Shown: one piece after another, positions 39,796 through 50,493 of the stretch
Position numbering within the stretch: position 1 is the first letter of the stretch
Layout of the letters: every line of letters begins with the position of its first letter
DNA from: Ginglymostoma cirratum
Lineage: Eukaryota
Direction: 5' to 3'
DNA length: 64,000 nucleotides
NCBI GenBank assembly: GCA_024137785.1
Contig: JAHRHZ010000004.1
Coordinates: forward strand, 33,398,344-33,462,343
Translations under genes and position numbers: made by a program
Notes under the pieces: model-generated
What the model was told of the DNA's origin: nothing
The model's database searches: none
Seen by the model: the letters and a program-made list of their open reading frames with translations, nothing else

Positions 39796-40392
39796 ACTGG
39801 TTGTGTTGTTTGTGAATGGTAATGATCTGCAGTGATAATGGTGAAGACACTACAGGCGTCCTTCAAACAAAGGGTGAGCTGGGTCAAAATAGAGCCATGG
39901 TATTGCATCAGTCTGTCAAGATTGGATCTCAGAGTGATGCAGGGAAGGGGTGCATTAGCACGCCAGTAGCCCCCAGTGATGGTTTCTCCAGAGATAGTAG
40001 GAACTGCGGATGCTGGAGAATCTGAGATATTTCTCCAGCATGATTTAGTCTTTGTTTGGATAATATTTTGATCTTAATACTATGATTTAATTCTTGGAGT
40101 AAGTTGAACATTTAACAGCAGATTGAAATCCTTCTAAGGACAGCAATGAATATTGGGTATTTCTGTGGGCTGCAGAGAGTTAGATAAATGCATGAAGCAG
40201 TTCAAAACAGGAAAAAAAAATATAGAACTGTTTTGAAAACAAAATGCACAGTTAATCATCCTTGTCTGTGCTGCGATTTTATGTGCATTTATTGTTCATT
40301 GAGTGGTGAGCTTACTTTGCAAGTAATTGCATTCAAGTTTTTATTTAATGTAAACACTATTATAGACAACTTGTTCCTTCACTCCTTTGTAG

Positions 40393-40695
40393 TCTGTGCC
40401 TGATATGGAAGAGCAGAAGCGTATAGATGATGAAATATGGGCAATTATATCTGGCTTTACTGCTGAGCAGTCGCACAAACCACGTGTTCGTGGCCCACCG
40501 GGTGGCAGCGATCTGTCCAATGCTTCCCGTCCATTATCTCGACTGGCCTCAGCAAGGCCTGCTGGGCCACCTGCTCCCTCTTCCTCCCGCAATCCATCAT
40601 CTCATTCCATACGCTCACCTTCCTCTTCAAGACCCGCTATTTCCCGTTCTTCTCGTCCCTCATCTCTACTTTCTCGTCCTGGCGACCACAAAAAG
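40393..40695 (+). CDS. HSPG2: Candidate cassette exon c3, 101 aa Ser/Arg/Pro-rich (SVPDMEEQKRIDDEIWAIISG...SRPGDHKK)
   Basis: ttgttccttcactcctttgtag| strong acceptor; AAG|gtatgg donor; 303 nt, phase 0/0, stop-free, GC/CpG richer than its flanks. Confidence 0.75.
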
Positions 40696-42631
40696 GTATG
40701 GAAATCTCACAGCAATGGGAATAAGATCATTCGCTTAAGTCCTTGAGTTTCTTTTTAGGTTTAGGGTTCACAAAAGGTCAACACAGCATTTTCCATCTGG
40801 TTAAATGCCCAGAAGCGTGCATTGAGTGATGTCTGTTTGACTGGAGAATAGTAAACTTGTCTATTTGCAAGCTATTTTCAAGTACAGCATAGAATGTTCC
40901 ATTGACAACTTGTCCTAGTAGCTGAATAGTTGATGCCGGCAATAGTCCTGCGTGCCTGGAGGTTCATTGGTTTTGAAGTGGCCTAGTGGCAAAATAGTGG
41001 TGGTAGGTTATGTAGGGCCCCCCCTCCTCCCCCCAATGGTTGCATGTACCGTTGTGTCTATTCCTCAGCCTCTAGGTCACAAGGAAATGGATTTAAGGCA
41101 CTTCCTCTGGAAACAAAATGGGAAGGTGGTCAACTGGAATAAAGATTGATGGAAACACCCAGCAAGTCAGGCAGCATTTGTGGAGGAACAGAGTTAACAT
41201 TACAGATTGGTGGCCATTCGATGGATAGGGATAGGGATCAGTTTGTAAACTAATGTTGAGCCTCAGTGGCAGGGTGGTGGGGCGGGGGAGCAGAGGGTAA
41301 CGGTGAAGGAAGGAACAAAGTGCGAGGTCCACAATAGGCGGGTGAGAAGAATTGATATAAGGATGATGATGCAAGGCATATAAGGGTTTGGTAATGGGAC
41401 ATCCAAAGAAATATAAGATGGATGTAGAGAAGCTAGTGCCAATAATGGAATTATCAGTGGCTTATTCCTCTTGGGTCTTACAGTAGAGGTTTTATTCATA
41501 TTAATATTGCAGTTAGTTACGCAGAACATACATTGAGGAGTTTTGATCAAGTTAAGTGGGACACACTGTTTTCATTAAGATGCTAGTCAGTATCATGATT
41601 GCTAGGCAGTGTGGAAGGATAGACAAAAGAAACAAAGCACCAGAGAGAGATGGGAATTTATGCCAGGAGTTTTCGTGATTGGCAATGTGCTGTCTGATTG
41701 AATCTGGTTTCTAAGATCATGTACGAAAAGGAATTCGGGAATAATATAGGATTTTGGAGAAAGAACAAGAAAGTGGGACTGTAATCAGATAGCAAGCAGG
41801 GCCAAAAACTGGCTTTGCCAATAGTTGGCAGTGATTTGCTCAGCTAGTACATGTTCTCAGCCTCTAGTGTTCTGCAGCTTCAACTGAGACTTTGTGCACA
41901 ACAGAGGAGAGGAAAGTTGCATGACTTGCCCGTGCCATGATGTTCCTTAGCTGACTGCCTCCTGTTGGGCTGCTGAGATCCAAGACTTGTGTAAACCAGC
42001 TGAATGAATCAGGGAAGGCTGTTTTCCACCTAGGGACTGCAGTCACGTCAGAGATATTTTCATCCCTTTCCTTGGAGATGGATTTGATACATAGAAGGAA
42101 AGTTGGTATAAACACTCGGGTAGAAAACCACCAGCATGTGCAGTCTGAACAGATTATGTAATCGGGATTCTGCAAGAGCTCAAAGATGAGAAAATTTGAA
42201 TTGAATTTTCTAGTCATCAGCTTTGGGTGTGAGAAGCGTTATTGAGTGAAGCATGATGCAGGACAGGAAGCCTCTGGGCTTAACTGCTTTGCCTTTTTAT
42301 TATCTGCTGTCATCTTCAAGAGCAACATCTGGTTGGGAAGGAGGAAGTGGGTGTGCAGTTTTCTCATCCTCCTGGAAAACGTACACTGGTTTGGAGAGTT
42401 AGGTTTCCGTTAGAATTTCTTTGTATGATCACTTGGCAAGGCGACCTACTGGAAGGGCTAATGTAAACATTCTCCTACCTGAGGCAGGGAAGGGGAGAAA
42501 GATGGGAGTTCAAAGAAAATGTTAGTGTTATTCTTCATTTGTATGTGTGAAATTGAATTTGTTTCTAACTGAACCAGTTCCATTATGAATCAATTAAATT
42601 GAGTGTTGAATTTCTCTGCGTGCACCAACAG

Positions 42632-42730
42632 ATGAGAAACATTCCTCAGACCCCTTCACTGCAAACTCAGGAATCGTCAAACCTAATTTCTTCACCCATG
42701 TCGGGCCTAAGGTCTGGAGGTTTTGAGAAG
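42632..42730 (+). CDS. HSPG2: Candidate cassette exon c4 (MRNIPQTPSLQTQESSNLISSPMSGLRSGGFEK)
   Basis: ctaac branch-like site upstream, caacag| ... AAG|gtagcc; 99 nt, phase 0/0; TGCATG at 42749. Confidence 0.5.
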
Positions 42731-45063
42731 GTAGCCACAGTTAGCTCATGCATGGAATGTTCTGGCATCCTTGTGACCGCATGCACGTCTAAGGTGTGAA
42801 TGTTTTCAGAAAGCAGCCTGTGGGACCACAAATTCAAGGCCGTTGGGAGGAGAAAAGTCAGCCCAAGGAGCAGCTCAGAATGCCAGAGTTTGTGGATGTT
42901 GTTGGTATTCACCATGCAAATTGGCTCAAGGTGGATTTAAAAAAGCAACAAAATGACAGCATATTTGTGTTCAAAGTAAAATTATGTAGAAAATAGTTGA
43001 AACACTGCCAAGTTTATGCTATCCTGCATGATTTTTAACATGGTCATGAACCTCCGCTGGCTATTGCCATCTTTATTTAACGTCTGTTGAGTGTTAATTG
43101 GAACTAGCATGTGCACAGCTTTGATGTAATTGGTTCAAAGTTGTATGTGTGGACAAGAGCTCTCCTGATATCCAGTGGTGTTTGTGAATTATTATACGTG
43201 GAACCATTGAGTTGAGGCAGTGTCTTTTGAGAGTGGCCTCACGTGTCCCTTACACATAAACAAACAAAGAATTTGTTAAATGTTCTGAGATGGAAGGTTT
43301 CTCTGCTGGTAGCTATCTCTCCCTGAATTGCCATCAGAGATACTTTACCATCAGCTTTTAGGCATTTTTGCCATAATGTGTCAAGCATCTTCAAGTTTCC
43401 TGTTAAAAACAGTTTGATGTCTGGCATCACACTTTCTGTTAGTTGCCACATCAACATTGGATGAAAGAAAGGTTAGTAGGTGTAACTGGAAACCAGCTTT
43501 AGTTTAGCATGTCAAAGCATATTTACATTTCATTGGTTCCCTGCGGTGTTTTCAGAAAGTTTTCTTTTCAGCAAGGAAGTGAAACAGAGCCAAGAAACTA
43601 AACAGGATTTCCCTAACTCTCTTTTGAAAAATAAAACTTCATAAAAACAAATTAACTTCCCATTCAGAAGCCTCTCAAGACTTGCAATAGCCACTCCTGT
43701 CATCACAGCTCACGTTCCAAAGGAACTCTCCATGAGTGGAGCTCTGTTGGATACCAGCCAAACCCAAAAAGAAATGATGTTGACCCAGAACATTTACCAG
43801 ATTTATGTCGGGTTTCTGCAAAAGGAAAATCCCAGTTAAGGTTCCAGTCTCTAATGCCAAAACTGATGGGGAACTCTGTTATAATTCATCTTTAATAGTT
43901 CTTGTAGATTGACCATACCTTTTGATTTCCAAGAACCTCAGTAAGTGCAGGAATACTCTCTCTTGTTAATTTTTACCGTACCTTCAAACAACAAGTGGCT
44001 TGGATTTCAGAAGACAGGGAAATTGCATGTTGATTGAAAGTTTTCTCAAATGGAAAAATTGAAGAAATAAGGTAATTTTTTTTAGGTTTCTTTTATCTTT
44101 TGACCTCCCCACTGCCACACAATAGGCTCGTGGGCCCTGTATTCCCAGAGAGAGAGAGAGAAAATGAAAAGCTAATAACACTTGGAAATGGACATACTTG
44201 TCATACAGGAGCTGCATTCTGAAGTATACCAGTCAGACCAATATGTGTCATTTGTCAATTCTGTTGGATCTGCCTTCTGGGAATTTTTATAAGTTGTCTT
44301 GTATTGCTTAAAGCCATCAGTTGAATTAGCCCTCATGCTGGAAGAATGAAACCTTCCTGTGCAGATTCAGATGGCCCACCATCTCCTGGAAGAACAAGCA
44401 GAAGACAATTTTCCAAGACTCTCAAGTGAAAATTTTGTAAACTTGTGCCTGGCTAACATTCCAGTACTCCCACTCTGGGATTTTCTCCATTTTGGACATG
44501 GCAACCCTCTGCTTCTGTAGGTGGGGAGGGCTTTGCATGTTGGCCACGTAGAAACCCTATGGCTCTGTTTGTGAACTTTGGAGTGACCTTGAGCTTGTTG
44601 CCAGGTTATAGTGCAAGTCCGATGCTCAGCTGACCCAAGTAGCAAATAAATCCTGTAATTAAAACAAAAAGTGCTGGCAATAATTAGCTAATCAAGCAGA
44701 GGTGGGTGAAACAATTAGCATTTCAGGGTGATGACCTTTCAGCAAAAGTGCATGTCCTGCCATTGAGTTAACTTCTGATGTGTTCATTTTGCTCATTCGT
44801 GTGGGTTTTTCCTGAAAATACTATAAATCTGATGTGCTGTAAAAATTTGGTTGCTTCAGAAAGACTCAGAATTTTCAAATAATTCCATAAAAGTGCCTTG
44901 TCAAAACAAATCTCTCTGCATTTTGTCAGTGAGGAATGGTTGGTCTCTGCTCCCTGAAACAAGCCTGGAGAAGGAATTCCAGTGCATGTCCTTGAATGTG
45001 TTTGCCTGCGGCTCTGTATCTACTTTCTCTATTCATCTTGTGTCTGCCTCTTTCATATCCTAG

Positions 45064-45147
45064 CACTCTCTGCTTTACAAGGGCTTCAGCCTCCTTCCTG
45101 AAAGCAATTACTATTGGCGTCTACCTCACCAGTACCTGGGGAACAAG
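45064..45147 (+). CDS. HSPG2: Candidate cassette exon c5: duplicated L4 segment (HSLLYKGFSLLPESNYYWRLPHQYLGNK)
   Basis: tgcctctttcatatcctag| ... AAG|gtaacc; 84 nt, phase 0/0; paralogous to the end of exon 33134-33328. Confidence 0.85.
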
Positions 45148-45849
45148 GTAACCAGCATTTCCAGTAGTGGTTAGAATCTACAGTTTTGCACAGCTGTACT
45201 TTGGAAAATATTTCCAAATGGTAAGAGTTATATGTGCATTACTGATTTAACATGACAAAGTCTTTGTGTATGTTTTTCAAGAGAGATCCACTGGTGAGTC
45301 ATGATCGGTGGCTTGGCAGAGAAAATGTTTAAAGTCTCTGGATCTCGCTTCAGATTCTCTGTTACCAGTCAAAGTACTCTGAGTTCAGCTGTTGGATTCC
45401 TGCATTCAAAATTGATTGAATAACCAAGATTTCTAGATGTTGGTTTTGCAAAAGAGTATCGTTAATCACCAACAAGACAAGAATGAAGTGTTGACCAGAA
45501 AGTCTTCATTAAAAAGTACTGGTCCTCGTGTTGCCTGGTACAGAGGAGAGTGGCCAGCCAAGAAAACTGATGAAAGATGCTTTGTTGGTGATGGATGGAA
45601 CGGCACAGGAGCAATGAAGTCATTCCATTTTAGAAGGTTAAATGTGGGGAATCCAGTGAGATAATGACTCATTTTTTGAATAGAAAGCCTTTTCTTCTCC
45701 AGTGTATTGATATTTAATAAATCACATTAAGGTTTGTTACTTTCTTTATTGATGTTGAGAAAAATGTTGGTAGCTATTACTTAGATTAGAACACATTTTA
45801 ATAGGGAGCAGCTGTAAAACTGAGTAAGTCGACAAACTGTTCCTACTTG

Positions 45850-46150
45850 AGGGAGAGTCTGGGACTACAGTCATAATCTCAGGATTACGGATTGAGATGA
45901 GGAAGAATTTCTTCTCCAAGAGGATAATGAATCTGTGGAATTCTTTACCACAGAGGGCTGTCAAGGCTAGGTCATTAAATATATTCAAGGTGAAGTAGAC
46001 AAATTTTCATTCAGCAAGAGAATCAAGGATTATGCAGAAAAGGTAGCAAAGTAGAGTTGATGATTATCAGATCAGCCATAATCTAATTGAATGGTAGAGC
46101 AGACTCAATGGGCTGGATGGCCTTTTTCTGCTCATACATCTTCTGGCCTT
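45850..46150 (+). mobile_element. CR1-type LINE 3' fragment
   Basis: GAGATGAGGAAGAATTTCTTCTC...TTGAATGGTAGAGCAGACTCAATGGGC. Confidence 0.7.
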
Positions 46151-48749
46151 GTGGTCAGTGAAAAGCTTTCTGTCTCACCAGCCAGCTCAGAATCTATTAA
46201 CCGTGTGTGTGGTATTTTATCTTCCTCAACCAAAAGAGTTGGTTCAAAATTAACATTGCAACTCGTTGTCTGGCCAACTCTGAATGCCTAATTAATAGGG
46301 TTGTAATCAATATCAACTCACTCCATTGCTGATTTCCAAGACCCCTCTGCTTGAGAAAGGGGAGGGATTCCTTTCCTACAGAAGTGTGTTAGTTCAGTTT
46401 ATACTCATTATATCAGTTGAGGAAACTTGAGCGCACACTTAGTAGATCAAGTAGTTCTACTTAGTAGACTACATATTAGCAACAAGTCATAAGTATGGTA
46501 CGTACATGATCGTACAATGTAATTGACAGTTGTCTGAATCAGAACAGTGTAGCCAGATTAACTTGTCTTTATTTACCAATCAATGCATAAAGAAATGCTT
46601 AAAGAAATGAGTGGTTGCCCTCAAACAATAAATATTTCTGGCTAATCCCAGATTCTGCTAATATCTAACACAATTTGTAGAAATTTTAGTGGAAAGGTCT
46701 GATGTCTGTAATTATACTTGAGTGATGGGCCACATTTATGCAAATAGTCTTCAATTAGCAAGACTGCACCATAACTGATTTTTTGCTTGACTACATGTCA
46801 TTCCAATTATGCATGCCCGATTCCGGAAAACTTGGTTTTTAACTGACCCAAAGTGGTGCAGTGGAATAAAAACGCCCTGAAACTCAGTATTTCTGGGTAG
46901 GCTTCAGTTCATTCGGCTCATTTATGTCTTTGCCTGACTCAGTTAAGGCTGGATAAGTTTCTAAACACTGTGCTCAAGGCTGCTCCAGCATCCAAAGCAG
47001 CAGAGGAGCAATGTGACGATTCCCAATCTTGAACTTCCAAAATTGTACATGAGTTGGATGAAGATCCACAGGCTTTCACTTTCAGATGAGCAATCTTGCA
47101 TACAAGGCGAGAAACATTTTCATGTCACTTTTCGTGTTTTGTGTTAACTTTTTGCTTGTAATCTGTACTTGTTTGACATTCTGAGGACGTAAATCACAGC
47201 CTTATGTGGGTTTTTGTAGGAATATATTTCAAATAGCATGGTTTCAGTTAACACAGCTATTTGATTTTCAGGAATGTAACTATTACTTTAATCAAGGACA
47301 ACCTGTAAAGGAAATAATGGAAGAAAAGTAACAAATGTCGTCTTTTACTTTGTTCAGTAATGTCTAAAAGGATACAACAACCAGGGAAGACTGAGTCGGC
47401 TGGGGTTTACGGTCAGCAACAGACAAGACTTGGGCACTGCTACAGGCCTTTAAAATTGTAAAGGGTTACATAGGAACAGTAGTAGCACATTTAGCTTCTC
47501 AAGCTTGCTCTACCATTCAATTAGATTATGATTGTTGTGTATCTCAACTCCATTTAAGTGCTTAGCTTCATATTCCTCAATAAACTAAAATCAATAGATA
47601 GCAGTTTTTAAATTTTACATTGTTTTCTCTGCAGCCTCAAGAGTTTTTTGGGGAGGAAGCAAATTCCACATTTTTACTAGGGTGAAGAAGTGGTTTTTGA
47701 TGTCGACACCCTACCCCTCGTTTTCTCTGTTTTATCTGGGTAAATTACCAGTTGTCCGTCACAGATTGCTTGATGGGCTAGAATAACATGTTTCATCACA
47801 AGCCAGCCTTGGGTTTGTAGGTGGATATTTTGTTTCCTTATGGTCGATGTTCACAGTTGAAAGTAATTACCTTGCCCTAGGGACTAGTTGGGATATATGG
47901 TGGTGAAGCACTTTTATGAAAGCTAACAGCACAATCTGCACTGAGATATTTACATAAATTAGTCACTGTCTATTCATTTCACAGCTGTTTATGTTGTCAG
48001 CTCTGTCACAGTGGCACTATGATTATTTAACACTGACACAGCCAGTGGTTTCTGGTTCCAGCCTTGAGTGAAACCCAATAAACATGTCCCTGTCAATAAG
48101 CATTACTACGTGCTTTGAATATGGCTGTTTGCATTTAGCCACGTTGATGTGAGATGTCAGGACATCTTAATAAATGTCCCCTAATTAGCATCAGTCCATC
48201 ATTCTTCTAGTTCCTAGCCTCAGGCCAGAATGTGTCTGTTCTATAGTCTCTGTCCCAATGGCAGCAATTGCTAATTGATGGATGAAGTGAAACTCGCCCA
48301 GCTCCATTAACTGTGCCGTTCCTGCCTTGTTACATTTCACTTCACTCAGTGGCTCCATTCCATAGCCCTAGTGTTCTACTCCCTGCTTTACGTGATCCTG
48401 GCCCATCTCCTGGACTTCCACTGTGAGCAATACCACAAGAGGATCAATGCATTAATAATTGAGTCTTTAACTGAAGCACTGGAACATTGCGTCTTTTAAT
48501 AAGTATACACTATAATCTGTAAATTGATAACTTTGGCAATTTTCTAATTGTACAGTTTGTCAGCAACTTTGTAAAACTGATCATTATATTTCTGCAGATA
48601 CCAACTTTGCTGTATTATCTGACTTTGTTAAATCCAAGATGTGCTGGTGATATTGGTTCTCTATCTCTGCTCCTGGTTAAAATGTGGTGCTAATCCAAGT
48701 GTTGTATGTGTTTAAAGCATTCTTGTAATTTCTTTCTCATTTTGCACAG

Positions 48750-48842
48750 GTGACTTCCTACGGTGGACTCCTACGGTATACACTGTCCTACGATGCAGGG
48801 TACCGGGGTTCCTCAGTACCAGATGCTGATGTACAGATCATT
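48750..48842 (+). CDS. HSPG2: Perlecan exon, L4 domain (VTSYGGLLRYTLSYDAGYRGSSVPDADVQII)
   Basis: gcacag| ... |gtaagt, phase 0/0; YGGxLRYTLSY motif. Confidence 0.96.
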
Positions 48843-49562
48843 GTAAGTGACTGCAGTTGCTCGACCGGCACACTTCACTTAAGCTATAGAATTGAGCACA
48901 CCCTCAGTGAAATGTTTGGATTCCCACCACGTCTCTTCATGGGAAGGCCAAGTTTTGGGTCTAACGTTCTATTAAGAGAAAACCATCCCAACATTAGATG
49001 CACAAACGTTTGAATCCAAAGACTTTCGCTTCCTTTGTAGATAACATGGTGCTTTTTTTTTTTGCTAGGATCTCTACAGGTGCCCTTTGATGGAGGATGC
49101 ACTCATGTTTAAGTCCAATTGTTTAAATGTACGTGGCTCATGATTTATGAGCCATCACCAGGGAAGTACCCATGCAGCTCTGCAGAACCCTACAAAATAG
49201 TTGCCATTATGGTCACTTTCGGTCCTTTGAGTTGTATTGGGTAGACTTCGTTTATTTTGTTCCTAAATTGTTGATGTTTTCCTTGTTTTCTTTGTTTGTT
49301 TTCACAATTTGACAGTGAAGGATTTTGAGAGAGAGATGTTGGTAGCTGCATTTTCATCCGGAAGCATAGGTGCATTACAGTGATTTGCCCTGAGTTGTAA
49401 GGTCAGGCTTTTAAATATCACTGAATGTGAGCCCGACTGTGATATGGGGTGCCATGAAAGAACTCACTTGAGAGATGAGGGACTAATCTGGAATAGATTT
49501 ACAGGTAACACTGCACAATGCAAGATCTTCAGCCATCTTTCGGAAGTTCAGCCACGTTAAGG

Positions 49563-49920
49563 GAAGGTGATGGCCTAGCGGCATTATCACTGGGATGTTA
49601 ATCCAGAGACCAGACAACATTCCAGGGACCCGGTTCGAATCCCACCATGGCAGATGGTGTAATTTGAATTCAATAAATATCTGAAATTAAGAATGTAATG
49701 ATCGCCATGAATCCATTGTTGACTGTCAGGAGAAACCCATCTGATTCACTAATGTCCTTTAGGGAAGGAAACTGCCATCCTTACCTGGTTTGGCCTACAT
49801 GTGACTCCAGACTTACACCAATGTGGTTGACTCTGAACTGCCCTCTGGACAATTAGGGGTGGGCAATAAATGCTGCCTACCCAGCAATGCCCTCATTCCG
49901 TGAATGGATAAAGAAAAAAA
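49563..49920 (+). mobile_element. tRNA-derived SINE (same family as 31553-31900)
   Basis: A-box TGGCCTAGCGG, B-box GGTTCGAATCCC, A-rich tail. Confidence 0.8.
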
Positions 49921-50409
49921 ATTACTGTTACGGAAGGAGTTCCAGGATTTTGAACCAGCAACATTGAATGAACAGAGATATGTTTCCAAGCGAGGGTGGT
50001 GAATACTTGTATGGGAGCTTGTAGCCAATGGCGTTCCCATGTGTCTGATAGATGATGTTGATATAGAGCCTTGATGAGTTGCTGCAGTATGTCCTGTAGA
50101 TAGTACGTACTGTCACTTTGTTGGTGGAGGGAATGAAAGGTGAATTTGAAGGCACATTGTTGGTACATATTTTATTTGTGTGCAGCTCTTTGAAGAGTCC
50201 ACACTAAGACCTCGGCAAAATTTGTTGTTTGGCCTTTTGAAGGAGGCTGCCACTTCAATAAGGATATTCTCTGCCAAAGACAAAAGTCTCTTGAATCAAC
50301 ATTGATGGTTTTATCATAAATGTAAGAGAATCATAGTGCAGTGCTTTTAACAGAACTGTATTGGATTGTACTCTATTATTTATCTGAAAATGCTTATGTG
50401 ATATTTCAG

Positions 50410-50493
50410 GGCAATGACATTACTTTGGTGACCTACCATCATCACCCTCTTCAACCGAGAGAGATACAGTCCTTTGAGATCATGTTCAAGGAG
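50410..50493 (+). CDS. HSPG2: Perlecan exon, L4 domain (GNDITLVTYHHHPLQPREIQSFEIMFKE)
   Basis: tttcag| ... |gtaaat, phase 0/0. Confidence 0.95.

Noticed and set aside
44365-44520. Acceptor ctgtgcag| followed by a ~50-codon frame (IQMAHHLLEEQ...)
   Set aside because: No convincing frame-preserving donor; runs to a stop; no similarity to the other cassettes.
49563-49650. tRNA-like A/B boxes (also at about 2050-2126, 8490-8566, 13912-13985 and 31553-31640)
   Set aside because: These are SINE heads continuing into repeat bodies, not tRNA genes.
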